Origin: Bacilli bacterium
GTDB taxonomy: Bacteria > Bacillota_I > Bacilli_A > RFN20 > CAG-826
Length of the DNA: 64,000 bases
NCBI GenBank assembly: GCA_023268805.1
Contig: JALRKT010000001.1
Location: 20,561 to 84,560, forward strand
Direction of reading: 5' to 3'
Part shown: positions 10,025 to 19,562 of the stretch, piece by piece
Numbering within the stretch: position 1 is the stretch's first letter
How the letters are laid out: every line of letters begins with the position of its first letter
The notes under the pieces: generated by a model
Databases searched by the model: none
What the model saw: only the letters and a program-made list of their open reading frames with translations
What the model was told of the DNA's origin: nothing
Made by a program: the position numbers and the translations under genes

Positions 10025-11062
10025 ATGAAAAAATCAACCTCAAAACGCGTTAAGTCGACGTTACTTGTACTGCTTTTCTCCTATGCAACCATTCTTGTTT
10101 TCCCACGGCCTCAAAGTTTTTCATTTGAAAATCCTTTACGCATTCAAGCTGGTCAACTTCCTCTCGCGATTGCTCACGGAGGAGGAAACTTAGAGTTCCC
10201 TGACAATACCTTAGAAGCGTATTATCATGCGTATTCCATTAACCCCGACGTCATGTTAGAAACCGATGTTAACTTAACTAAAGATGGCGTTATCATTTTA
10301 TCCCATGATCGAACCCTTGACCGTAAAACCAACTTAACGAATGCGGTTATTGCCGACATTAATTACAGTGATTTGATGGCCAATGAAGTTGATTTTGGTT
10401 ACGCAAACCCCACTGATGGCCCGAATGGGTTTAATGTTACTGAAACGTTCAATAAATATAAAAATGTGGAGGGGCAGGAAGTCACTCCCCTCGATGTGGT
10501 TTATCCAGAAGGGGTCTCAGCACGCCATCCGACAAAGTTTCTTGCCACCACCTTAGAACAACTCATCACCTTATTCCCGAATAATCTTATTAACGTTGAG
10601 ATTAAACAAACGGATACATTAGGATTGGCAGCCTTGGATGCCGTTATCGCCTTAATGGACGTTTATGCGGATAGCCACCAAACGTATCAACGCATTGTCT
10701 TGGCAAGTTTTCATGAAAATGTGTATCAAGCCCTGCAAGAATATCAACGAACGACCCACCCTCAGCTCATGTTTTCTCCTGAATTTAATGGGGTTCTTTC
10801 TTTTTACATTATGCAGTTAACAGGAACCTCTGTTTTTTATGATCATCGTGTCGCCGTCTTGCAATTACCGACGGAACAATTAGGACTTTCATTGACCACT
10901 TCTTCGTTAATTCAAACTGCTCACAAACACAACATCGCTGTCCATTATTGGACCATCAACGATGAAGCAACGATGATTGAACTCATTGAAAAAGGCGTCG
11001 ATGGCATTATGACCGACCGCCCCACGTTACTACAAAACGTTTTAGATCGTTATTCTATTTAA
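10025..11062 (+). CDS. Glycerophosphodiester phosphodiesterase (membrane-anchored or exported)
   Basis: IAHGGG..FPDNTL, ETDVNLTKDG.IILSHD, NVEIK, WTIND, GIMTDRP. Confidence 0.92.
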   Translation: MKKSTSKRVKSTLLVLLFSYATILVFPRPQSFSFENPLRIQAGQLPLAIAHGGGNLEFPDNTLEAYYHAYSINPDVMLETDVNLTKDGVIILSHDRTLDRKTNLTNAVIADINYSDLMANEVDFGYANPTDGPNGFNVTETFNKYKNVEGQEVTPLDVVYPEGVSARHPTKFLATTLEQLITLFPNNLINVEIKQTDTLGLAALDAVIALMDVYADSHQTYQRIVLASFHENVYQALQEYQRTTHPQLMFSPEFNGVLSFYIMQLTGTSVFYDHRVAVLQLPTEQLGLSLTTSSLIQTAHKHNIAVHYWTINDEATMIELIEKGVDGIMTDRPTLLQNVLDRYSI

Positions 11063-12038
11063 TGGGGCGAATAAAAAACCGACCGTACACTTGGTGAGCA
11101 TACGACTCATCAATGAAGGATTCAGGATCAACCGCCCGAACAAGTTTAATCACATCTTGGGCTTCCGTACTTGAAACCACCATATAAATCACATATTTAT
11201 CCAAATTGGTGAAACCACCCTTGGCTTTGACAACCGTGCAACCGTGATGAAATTTTTGCATAATGACTTTGGGCATACTTTCCACACTTGTGACGATTTG
11301 TAGGCTCGTTTTCTTATTACGAACATTGATTGTATCCACCACTTTTGACGAGGTAAAGAAATAGATTAATGAAAAAATAATCGAGTTTAAAGCCCCATCG
11401 GTGGATTCGGTGGTAATAAGGTAAATAGTCGTAAAAATGAATAAAATGATGGTATTAAAAAGGATGGCAAATTTTCCTACTGAGGTAGATTTTACATTCG
11501 CAAAATAATAGGTGACAACATCAAGACCACCACTTGAAATTTCCATGACATAGGCGATCGAACTTGCAAGTCCTTGAAGCAATCCGGCAATGATTGCGCG
11601 TGACAACAAATCTTCGGTAATATTGACGAGTAAGGTCACATCGTTAGGAATAATTTCTATAAAAAAGGAAGTTAGAATGACATTGATCATCGAAAAGGTT
11701 GCGAAGCGTTTCCCAATTTTTGTATAGCCTAAAATAAAAATAGGAATATTCAACACAAAGTAAAACACGGCTTGTAACGTCCGATTATCAATCACATCAA
11801 GGAAGTGAATTAAGTCAAAAAAGCGATTTAAGGTTTGCGAGACCCCGGAAACGCCTCCGGTAATTAATGGAACCGCATTAACGTCACTGGAAGGAACGAT
11901 AAAGGAACGAAAAGTATAGGCTGCTAATAAAGAGGAGACAACCGTTCCCAAAAAGATCAATGTGTTTTCTAAAATTGTCTTTATTTTTGGGTGAATTTCT
12001 AACCAATGCGTCACATGTTGCCAGAGTTTGGAATCCAT
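11055..12038 (-). CDS. YitT family membrane protein
   Basis: LITGGVSG, LNIP, SSGGLD, C-terminal HGCT..GGFT and DPESF (DUF2179-like). Confidence 0.88.
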   Translation of the reverse strand: MDSKLWQHVTHWLEIHPKIKTILENTLIFLGTVVSSLLAAYTFRSFIVPSSDVNAVPLITGGVSGVSQTLNRFFDLIHFLDVIDNRTLQAVFYFVLNIPIFILGYTKIGKRFATFSMINVILTSFFIEIIPNDVTLLVNITEDLLSRAIIAGLLQGLASSIAYVMEISSGGLDVVTYYFANVKSTSVGKFAILFNTIILFIFTTIYLITTESTDGALNSIIFSLIYFFTSSKVVDTINVRNKKTSLQIVTSVESMPKVIMQKFHHGCTVVKAKGGFTNLDKYVIYMVVSSTEAQDVIKLVRAVDPESFIDESYAHQVYGRFFIRPIK

Positions 12039-12184
12039 ATATAAACCTACTTTTTCTTGGACATTTCTGCCAAAAAGATTATATACTAAATATTGTGTCT
12101 TGATTAAAGTATTATTCTTATTGAAGAATACGTGTTCCTTTGATAAGATTAACGTGCTAAATCTAAACCTTTGGAGGCTTATAC

Positions 12185-12976
12185 ATGAAAGTTATTGGTC
12201 AATTTTTTGCAAAAATATTCGGTGGTCTCTGGAACTGGATTAAAGAAACCGCGTGGGTTCAACCGTTACTCATCGTCGGGATGATTTTTGCTGTTATCTT
12301 TTCCATTCCCACCATTTCTGAATGGGTTCAAAATGTGGCAGAAAGCATCAATTCCGCGGAAACCTACTATCGTAATTATCAAATGAACCTAGAAGGCGAA
12401 GAAGATTCTGAAGCGCAACAACTCATTGATGCGATGATGGAAGAATCCGATGAATATGGCGAAAAATTCATGCTCGTTTTTGTCCAAGTTAACTGCCAAT
12501 TCTGTAAAGATGTCCAACCTGCCTTTAAATTATTAGCCGAAGATACGGATCGCTTCTACGGAACAAAACGTGTGGGTGGTGAAATTACTCCCGTCACCAA
12601 AGACGAATTCGGAACATTTAAAATTTTCACCATTTTCATTGATGAAGAATACTCCTATACCGAAGATGAATCCACAACCCCCTTTGAGCGTTTCTTACAA
12701 CGTAACGATGCCTTTTTAGAACGCACCGCGGAAGTTGCTCGTAACTCATGGTACACGATTAATGGTTACTTAGATGAATCGCGTATCGACACCTTAGAAG
12801 CTGGTGAATCTAACGCAGTTCCTACCCCCACCGTCATCATGTATGATCTATCGAACAATTCCCCAGAAGTTGGGATTTCCGAACTCATGATTTCTGTCTC
12901 TGGATCGACCTCCTATGACCGCGCCACGTTGCTCTCCAATGCATGGATGCACCGTGTTGAATTTGCCTTACAATAA
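12185..12976 (+). CDS. Membrane-anchored acidic thioredoxin-fold protein
   Basis: GGAGG RBS; N-terminal TM; FVQVNCQFCKDVQP (CxxC) and VPTPTV (cis-Pro-like) motifs. Confidence 0.55.
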   Translation: MKVIGQFFAKIFGGLWNWIKETAWVQPLLIVGMIFAVIFSIPTISEWVQNVAESINSAETYYRNYQMNLEGEEDSEAQQLIDAMMEESDEYGEKFMLVFVQVNCQFCKDVQPAFKLLAEDTDRFYGTKRVGGEITPVTKDEFGTFKIFTIFIDEEYSYTEDESTTPFERFLQRNDAFLERTAEVARNSWYTINGYLDESRIDTLEAGESNAVPTPTVIMYDLSNNSPEVGISELMISVSGSTSYDRATLLSNAWMHRVEFALQ

Positions 12977-12998
12977 CCGCTTTCATAGATTAATTCTG

Positions 12999-13028
12999 AA
13001 AACCACCTTGAAGCCAAGGTGGTTTTTT
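12999..13028 (+). terminator. Intrinsic terminator
   Basis: AAAACCACCTTG-AAGC-CAAGGTGGTTTTTT. Confidence 0.85.
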
Positions 13029-13041
13029 GTATAATAAGGGC

Positions 13042-13818
13042 ATGTCACGTTCTTTGGTTCATATTGGCATCGACAATGACCGTGTTTTTGCCGCGGTCAC
13101 AAAACGCAAAGGCGGTTTTTCACATCCCCCGTTTGATGGGCTTAATTTAGGCTTTCAAACCGGTGATAACCAAGATACTGTTCGCCACAATCGTCAGACG
13201 TTGATCAACGCGTTACCAACCACTTTAGCCCCAATGATCTATACCTATCAATCCCACTCAACAATCCTTCAAAAAGTTTCAAAAAAAGATGCAGGGCGAG
13301 GTGGTGATTCCTTTGAATCCGGTATTCCTGCGGATGCCCTTTATACAACCGAACGATTCCTCCCGATAGGCATTTTTCATGCGGATTGTGTCCCCGTCTT
13401 TTTAGTCCACCTTCATCAACCATTAATTGCCATTATTCATGCAGGAACCCCAGGTTCTTTAGCACAAATCACTTTAAAATCCATTCAAACAATTTGTCAA
13501 AATGAAAAGGTTGAGGCAAAAGACTTTTCCGCTTATCTTGGACCATCGCTAGATTTTGCGCATCACCCGATTTCGGTTGAACGTGTTGATGAAATTCTTG
13601 GGATGAATCGAAGTTTTGCACCTGCCATTAAATTAATCTCGGGGCAATTTTATTTAGATGTGCCGTTATTAAATTATATGCAACTCATCGAAGCAGGACT
13701 TCACCCGGATGCGATTCGGGTGAGTTCGGTAGATACTTATTCCAATGCGAAAGAATATTTTTCTGCGTCTCGCGATGAAAAAACAGGACGTCATCTTTCG
13801 TTTATTTATTTGAAGTAG
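13042..13818 (+). CDS. pgeF: YfiH/PgeF (laccase-domain, purine nucleoside phosphorylase-like) protein
   Basis: LNLG..GD...V..NR, QSH, ADAL, HADCVP, IHAG, GPS motifs; ATG at 13042 lies 6 nt after TATAAT. Confidence 0.88.
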   Translation: MSRSLVHIGIDNDRVFAAVTKRKGGFSHPPFDGLNLGFQTGDNQDTVRHNRQTLINALPTTLAPMIYTYQSHSTILQKVSKKDAGRGGDSFESGIPADALYTTERFLPIGIFHADCVPVFLVHLHQPLIAIIHAGTPGSLAQITLKSIQTICQNEKVEAKDFSAYLGPSLDFAHHPISVERVDEILGMNRSFAPAIKLISGQFYLDVPLLNYMQLIEAGLHPDAIRVSSVDTYSNAKEYFSASRDEKTGRHLSFIYLK

Positions 13819-14311
13819 TTTTTACTTTTTCTAAATACGTTAAAACAAGGGGGGGTACAAGGGTTGATACATCAACGCCTTGTTTTGCTAATTGTTTGAT
13901 CATGCTTGAAGAAATAAAATCATGTTGATGATTCGCCATGAAAAAAACCATTTCAATGCTTGGATCAATAAACTGATTTCCAGCGAAAATCTCATGCTCA
14001 TAATTAAAATCCGGAACGGCTCGTAAACCACGGACGATGGCGATAGCATGATGCGATTTGGCATACTCCACGGTTAACCCTGTCGACGCATCGACACGTA
14101 CACGCGATGAATCAAGTTGCTTTGCGACATCATTCAACATCGCCATCCGTTCTTTTGCCGAAAAGGTTGCGACTTTTTGTGGATTGACAGCGAGCAATAA
14201 AATGACTTCATCAAAAAGTTTTAAGGAACGTTTTAAAATATCGATATGCCCGTTCGTGATGGGATCGAAAGTTCCTGGATAAATTGCGATTTTTTTGTGT
14301 GTTACTTCCAT
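13802..14311 (-). CDS. coaD: Pantetheine-phosphate adenylyltransferase
   Basis: IYPGTFDPITNGHIDI, RGLR...DF.YE, ISSS. Confidence 0.97.
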   Translation of the reverse strand: MEVTHKKIAIYPGTFDPITNGHIDILKRSLKLFDEVILLLAVNPQKVATFSAKERMAMLNDVAKQLDSSRVRVDASTGLTVEYAKSHHAIAIVRGLRAVPDFNYEHEIFAGNQFIDPSIEMVFFMANHQHDFISSSMIKQLAKQGVDVSTLVPPLVLTYLEKVKTTSNK

Positions 14312-14850
14312 AAGATTGCAACATGAGTCATCCCATATTCATAGTGCTTAAGGCGTTGATGGTCAACGGAGCTTAACCACGTTATTGGGACACTATCCTC
14401 AACAATAAGTATACCATTTTCTTTTAATAACCCGAGGGAGACAATATTTTGGTATGCGGACTCAGCAAGTCCCTTGGCATATGGAGGATCAAGAAAGATG
14501 AAATCAAACGTCCGTTTTTCTTGGGATAATTTTTCAAGGCATCGAGAATACGCCAAACTTAATAGGGTCGTTTGGGTTTCTACCTTTAATGCCTTAACAT
14601 TTGCTTCTAACACCAGGTATGCAGTTTTAAGACGGTCATTAAAAACCATTGATGCACATCCTCGTGAAAGGGCTTCAAACCCTAACGATCCTGAACCAGC
14701 GAATAAATCTAAACCGTCTTTATCGACAATCCCCAAACCAAGGGAAGAAAAAATGGCCTCTTTAACACGATCCTTGGTGGGTTGTGTTTCCGGAGAATCA
14801 GGAGTTTGTAATAATCGCGAACGAAAACGTCCTGCAATAATACGTAACAT
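14302..14850 (-). CDS. rsmD: 16S rRNA m2G966 methyltransferase
   Basis: MLRIIAG, PT.DRVKEAIF, LDLFAGSGSLG.EALSRG, FLDPPY; upstream of coaD. Confidence 0.95.
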   Translation of the reverse strand: MLRIIAGRFRSRLLQTPDSPETQPTKDRVKEAIFSSLGLGIVDKDGLDLFAGSGSLGFEALSRGCASMVFNDRLKTAYLVLEANVKALKVETQTTLLSLAYSRCLEKLSQEKRTFDFIFLDPPYAKGLAESAYQNIVSLGLLKENGILIVEDSVPITWLSSVDHQRLKHYEYGMTHVAILWK

Positions 14851-14853
14851 GAT

Positions 14854-15216
14854 TTAAAGACACCCTTTGATGGGCGTATGAAAAGGATCAAAGACTTCGG
14901 TTTGAATGGACCGGTAAAGCGTACGAACTTGCCCATATGCTTTTAAGTAATCGCGGACGAGGGGATGGGCATCAATCATAATTTTTTGTTGATGAAGTTG
15001 TTTTTGAACCTCTATGAGTTGAGGATGATCATCCCCATAAAGTTCCCATAAACGCGTGTAATCTTCTTGAAGAGCATGAAAACGATCAGTCATCATCAGC
15101 AAGGATTGATGTTGATTTAGTTGATGGTTAAGGGCTTCTAAATGGACAACCACAGGCTCTTGTTCAAGGGTGTCTTTGAGGTCGTAAGCAAGGCTAATAA
15201 TTTCTTGAAAACTCAT
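14854..15216 (-). CDS. YlbF/RicF-family regulator (Com_YlbF domain)
   Basis: Helical, HPLVRDY motif; position before rsmD-coaD as for B. subtilis ylbF. Confidence 0.7.
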   Translation of the reverse strand: MSFQEIISLAYDLKDTLEQEPVVVHLEALNHQLNQHQSLLMMTDRFHALQEDYTRLWELYGDDHPQLIEVQKQLHQQKIMIDAHPLVRDYLKAYGQVRTLYRSIQTEVFDPFHTPIKGCL

Positions 15217-15278
15217 TCTAGCAATACTTTACCATACTCGCTTTTAAGCAAGTGAAAAAAATATGATAAGATAACGAC

Positions 15279-15821
15279 ATGAAAGTCAAACTCATTTTTG
15301 ATCCTCATCCTGTTTTACGGCAGCGCGCTGCCGTCGTCCCTTTACCGTTATCCAAAGAAGATGAAACCATTTTACTCGCGTTAATGAAGTATGTTAAACA
15401 ATCGCAAAATAAAGAGTATGCGGAAAAGCATCATATTCGAGAAGGCATCGGTCTTGCTGCCCCCCAAGTCGGTATTTCCAAGCGGATGACTGCGATTTCT
15501 TTTCCGTTGGAAGATCGTTTAGTAGAGTATGCGCTTGTCAATCCTGTGATTCTTTCCTCTTCCGTTAAAAAAGTAGCCCTTCATTCGGGTGAAGGATGTC
15601 TTTCAGTGAATGAAGACCATCCTGGTTATGTGTATCGTTCCAACAAAATCATGGTAAAAGCATTTGATTATTTACAACAAAAAGAAATCCAAATTACGGC
15701 CTATGGTTTTGAAGCGATTGTTCTTCAACACGAAATTGATCATTTAAATGGGGTTCTTTTTTATGATTACATTGCCAAAGATGACCCTTTCAAAGAACTT
15801 ACAAACGCAGAAATCATCTAA
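15279..15821 (+). CDS. def: Peptide deformylase
   Basis: GIGLAAPQ, EGCLS, QHEIDHLNG. Confidence 0.97.
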   Translation: MKVKLIFDPHPVLRQRAAVVPLPLSKEDETILLALMKYVKQSQNKEYAEKHHIREGIGLAAPQVGISKRMTAISFPLEDRLVEYALVNPVILSSSVKKVALHSGEGCLSVNEDHPGYVYRSNKIMVKAFDYLQQKEIQITAYGFEAIVLQHEIDHLNGVLFYDYIAKDDPFKELTNAEII

Positions 15822-15825
15822 TTTC

Positions 15826-15854
15826 TTTACAAATCCACTTTATCCACGTATACT
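15826..15854 (+). promoter_or_regulatory. SigA-type promoter of rnj
   Basis: TTTACA-17 nt-TATACT. Confidence 0.65.
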
Positions 15855-15918
15855 TGAGACGAATTTGATGTTGCATAGCATGATCATGTCAATTTAAATA
15901 AAAAGGAGACGATTTTTA

Positions 15919-17601
15919 ATGGCGTTAAACGCGTTTAATTCGGGTGTGTCTGTTTACGCACTCGGGGGACTAGGAGAAGTAGGAAAAAACACCTACTGTG
16001 TTGAGTCTGACCAAACCTTGGTTATGATTGATGCAGGGGTTCGCTTTCCAGAAGAAGATTTACCAGGGGTGGATTATGTCATTCCTGATTATTCCCATTT
16101 AAAAAACAATCAACGTAAACTCAAAGCACTCGTAATTACTCACGGGCACGAAGACCACATTGGCGGTGTACCTTTTTTAGTCCAACATGTGTATATTCCG
16201 GTGATTTACGCCCCACGCTTAGCTGCGGCATTTATCCGTCACAAATTACAAGATAATCGGATCAAAGAACCCGTGAAGATTATCGAATATGAAGAAAACA
16301 CCATTCTCAATATTGGCGAATTTAAAATTAGTTTCTTTTCGATGACCCACTCCATTCCCGATGCGTTTGGCGTGTGTGTCGATACGCCTGAGGGTCGCAT
16401 TGCGACGACTGGGGATTTCAAAATTGATTTAACCCCTGTGGGTGCAGAAATAAACCTCGGTAAAATTGCCAAGTTAGGAACCGAAGGCGTCGATTTACTT
16501 TTATCAGACTCCACCAATGCAGAAATCGAAGGTTACACCCCAAGCGAACGTGCCGTCATTGGTGCCATCAACGATATTTTTGAAAATGCCGAGGGACGCC
16601 TTATTATTTCTACGTTTTCAAGTAATATTTCACGGATTCAACAAATCATTGAAGCGGCTGTTTCCTTTAAAAAGAAACTTGTCATTATTGGTCGTTCCAT
16701 GGAAAATGCGGTCAGTATGTCCCGTAAATTAGGGTATATTCGAATTCCTGATTCTTCCATTGTCCCCTCTGAAGACGTTCGTAGTCTCCGCCCCGAAGAA
16801 ACGGTGATTATTTGTACGGGATCGCAAGGGGAACCGATGGCAGCCCTTTCTCGAATTGCTAAAGGGGAACATCGCCAAGTAAAGATTATTCCCGGTGATA
16901 CCGTTGTTTTTTCTTCAAGTCCAATCCCTGGGAATGGTTTAAGTATTAACCGTGTAGTAAACCAGTTAACCCGTGCTGGTGCCAATGTTTTAACGAATTC
17001 TATTTTATTTAATGTTCACTCCTCCGGTCACCCTGCTCGTCAAGAACTACGCATCATGTTAAAGCTTTTCCGACCCCGTTATTTTATGCCCATGCATGGA
17101 GAATATCGGATGTTAAAACTTCACGCAGAAATTGCGGAATCATTAGGCATGCCAAAAGATAACGCCTTTATTTGCCGCAATGGCGACACGCTCGTTCTCA
17201 AACGCAAAGAAGTAACACGTGGACCCAGCGTTCCTGCGGAAGCGGTATACATCGATGGTAAAGACATTAATGGTTTATCCACTGCGGTTATTCGTGACCG
17301 CAAAATTCTGTCGGATGATGGATTAGTCTCTGTATCCATTGTCATTGATGCGAGTCAAAATAAACTTCTCATCCCACCTTCGATTACAGCCTTAGGATTT
17401 GTGTACAAAAGTTCCAACGATTTATTAAAACAAGCGGAAAAGAAATTGGCCGATCGCTTAGAATCCATCATGAAAAATCGTACATCGTTTTCTGAGTTAA
17501 AAAACACCATCAAAGACGTCGTCGGTCGTTACTTTTTTATTAAAACCCAACGCAATCCGATGATTGTTCCTGTGATCATGAATCGCAGTAAAGCGAATTA
17601 G
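15919..17601 (+). CDS. rnj: Ribonuclease J
   Basis: LGGLGEVGKN, THGHEDHIG, HSIPD, HSSGH, PMHGEYR; AAGGAG RBS. Confidence 0.97.
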   Translation: MALNAFNSGVSVYALGGLGEVGKNTYCVESDQTLVMIDAGVRFPEEDLPGVDYVIPDYSHLKNNQRKLKALVITHGHEDHIGGVPFLVQHVYIPVIYAPRLAAAFIRHKLQDNRIKEPVKIIEYEENTILNIGEFKISFFSMTHSIPDAFGVCVDTPEGRIATTGDFKIDLTPVGAEINLGKIAKLGTEGVDLLLSDSTNAEIEGYTPSERAVIGAINDIFENAEGRLIISTFSSNISRIQQIIEAAVSFKKKLVIIGRSMENAVSMSRKLGYIRIPDSSIVPSEDVRSLRPEETVIICTGSQGEPMAALSRIAKGEHRQVKIIPGDTVVFSSSPIPGNGLSINRVVNQLTRAGANVLTNSILFNVHSSGHPARQELRIMLKLFRPRYFMPMHGEYRMLKLHAEIAESLGMPKDNAFICRNGDTLVLKRKEVTRGPSVPAEAVYIDGKDINGLSTAVIRDRKILSDDGLVSVSIVIDASQNKLLIPPSITALGFVYKSSNDLLKQAEKKLADRLESIMKNRTSFSELKNTIKDVVGRYFFIKTQRNPMIVPVIMNRSKAN

Positions 17602-18383
17602 TTTTTCACAAAGGTTTTGCGAATCGTTTCAATATAACTGTGTCGTTTTTGATGGACAATTTTTAAGGCAATTCCGCTGAGGGAGACCGTGACGGAATCC
17701 ACTATTTTTTCCGGCTTATAAAGTTGGTGATCATAGCCAAAAATCGCGGATTTGAAATCACCTTTGAACGTAATTTTTCGGGTCGGATCGAGGACGAGTG
17801 AACTACCAAGACTTCGATACACATTGTTTTGGATTGACGCCATTTCGGTGAGTTGTAAGGTCGGTAAGCGTCCATCCACCACACTGCCCCCTAAACTTTT
17901 GTTATACGCACTGGAGCCTAAGGTACTTGAAACAATTAATCCGGTACCGCGGAACGTTTCTAAATGTTCTTGATCAATATGCACATGTGTTACGAGCGTT
18001 TGAAAGGGATCTTCAACACGTACTTCATTCACCGCATAGAAGGTTTGAGGTTGTTCTCCTTCTAACGTCATACTTAATAATGGGTAAGATTTTGCGAGCG
18101 TTTGAAATGTTGGTATATCTGAAATTAAGGCTGAAATTTCAGTTGGACTGTATTCGCAAAAAAAGCCCAGAGATCCAGAATGAATGCCAATGAAAATGAC
18201 ACTGGAAAGAATGGCTTGAAAGTGTTGAACGGCGCGGAGGAAAGTTCCATCCCCACCGACAAAGAAAATGTATTCTGGGCGTTGATCATTAAATTGATGC
18301 CCATCTGTTTGTAATTTCAGTCTTAAATCGTGACTGATTTTTTCTGAGGATGCGTCATCCCGTGCTACTATAGTAAATGTCAT
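17598..18383 (-). CDS. nadK: NAD kinase
   Basis: GGDGTFL, GSLGF, AVNE, GSSAYNKSLGG; adjacent to CYTH gene and spx as in Bacilli. Confidence 0.92.
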   Translation of the reverse strand: MTFTIVARDDASSEKISHDLRLKLQTDGHQFNDQRPEYIFFVGGDGTFLRAVQHFQAILSSVIFIGIHSGSLGFFCEYSPTEISALISDIPTFQTLAKSYPLLSMTLEGEQPQTFYAVNEVRVEDPFQTLVTHVHIDQEHLETFRGTGLIVSSTLGSSAYNKSLGGSVVDGRLPTLQLTEMASIQNNVYRSLGSSLVLDPTRKITFKGDFKSAIFGYDHQLYKPEKIVDSVTVSLSGIALKIVHQKRHSYIETIRKTFVKN

Positions 18384-18447
18384 AACGTATCCTTTTTGAC
18401 TCCTATGCGCCTTATTTTATCATAAGAAAAGAAATCGAGGAAAAGCC

Positions 18448-19020
18448 ATGTCCACAAACATTGAAATTGAAGCGAAAATTCTTGTCAGTGAAAAAGAATT
18501 TCAAATGATTAAATCCTTTCTTCAACTGGAAACGATCACGCCTGTCACACAGACAAATTATTACATTGATAGCGAAGAAGGAAGTTTACGAAACTACGGT
18601 TTTGCCTTACGCATTCGCGCCATTCGTTCTCATTACACGCTCACCTTAAAATCCCCGATGGCGGAAGGTACTCTTGAAAAAAACCAAGTGATTTCTGAAA
18701 AAGCTTATCTTGCTTTACGTCAACAACAACAATTTCCCCAAGGTGAAATTGATGAATTTTTAACGATGTTCGGCTTTAAAACATCCACCTTTCGTATCAT
18801 CGCTGAGTTAACAACCCATCGCATTGATACGACCTATCAAGGGCAACATCTTTGTTTAGATGTCAACCACTATAATGGTGAGACTGATTACGAAATTGAA
18901 AGTGAACAGTCCTCATTAAAATATGCGGCGGAAACACTCAAACAACTTTGCGAAGCAACCCAAATTTCCTATCAAGAAAATCATGTTTCTAAATACGCTC
19001 GTGCATTAAAAAGTTTATAA
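18448..19020 (+). CDS. CYTH domain protein (YjbK-like)
   Basis: EIEAK (ExExK), QTNYYID, ALRIR, DYEIE, SKY.R. Confidence 0.88.
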   Translation: MSTNIEIEAKILVSEKEFQMIKSFLQLETITPVTQTNYYIDSEEGSLRNYGFALRIRAIRSHYTLTLKSPMAEGTLEKNQVISEKAYLALRQQQQFPQGEIDEFLTMFGFKTSTFRIIAELTTHRIDTTYQGQHLCLDVNHYNGETDYEIESEQSSLKYAAETLKQLCEATQISYQENHVSKYARALKSL

Positions 19021-19029
19021 GGAAATAAT

Positions 19030-19452
19030 TTATTCCGCAGTATCAGGTTCGTTATCTAAAGCGGAGCTAAAACCCGCTTTGGCTAATTCTTTATAGCGGC
19101 GACTAATCGGAATAAAGGTGCGAATTTCTTCTTCGTTATATCCAACTTGTACCCGACGATCGTCGACCATAATGGGACGTTTTAATATCGAAGGATTTTG
19201 CCGTATGAATTTAAGCAATTCGGAGATGGACATCGATTCAACGTCGATATTTTGGTCTTTAATTATTTTACTTCGGGTAGAGATAATGTCCTCGGTCCCA
19301 TTTTCAGTCTTGGACAACATATCTTTAAGTTCAATTTCGTTAAGGGTTGCCGAAAAGATATTCCGTTCTTCATAAGGAATATTTTCCATTTCAAACCACT
19401 TTTTTACTTTACGGCAGCTCGAGCAACTCGGTGAGGTATATATTCGGACCAA
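19030..19452 (-). CDS. spx: Transcriptional regulator Spx
   Basis: IYTSPSCSSCRK, ENG.EDIIS.RS, P.ILKRPI, GYNEEEIR; TTG start at 19452 after GGGAGG. Confidence 0.92.
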   Translation of the reverse strand: MVRIYTSPSCSSCRKVKKWFEMENIPYEERNIFSATLNEIELKDMLSKTENGTEDIISTRSKIIKDQNIDVESMSISELLKFIRQNPSILKRPIMVDDRRVQVGYNEEEIRTFIPISRRYKELAKAGFSSALDNEPDTAE

Positions 19453-19562
19453 TGGCTTTTCGCCTCCCGTCAACGTAATTATACGCTTAATTCAAAAATA
19501 AACCTAATCATCACGGAAAAGATTTGCTAAAATGGAAATTGAACCGCACGTAGAGAAATGAT

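Noticed and set aside
15840..15848. TTATCCACG, an 8/9 match to the DnaA box, in the rnj promoter spacer
   Set aside because: Single imperfect site with no cluster; expected by chance
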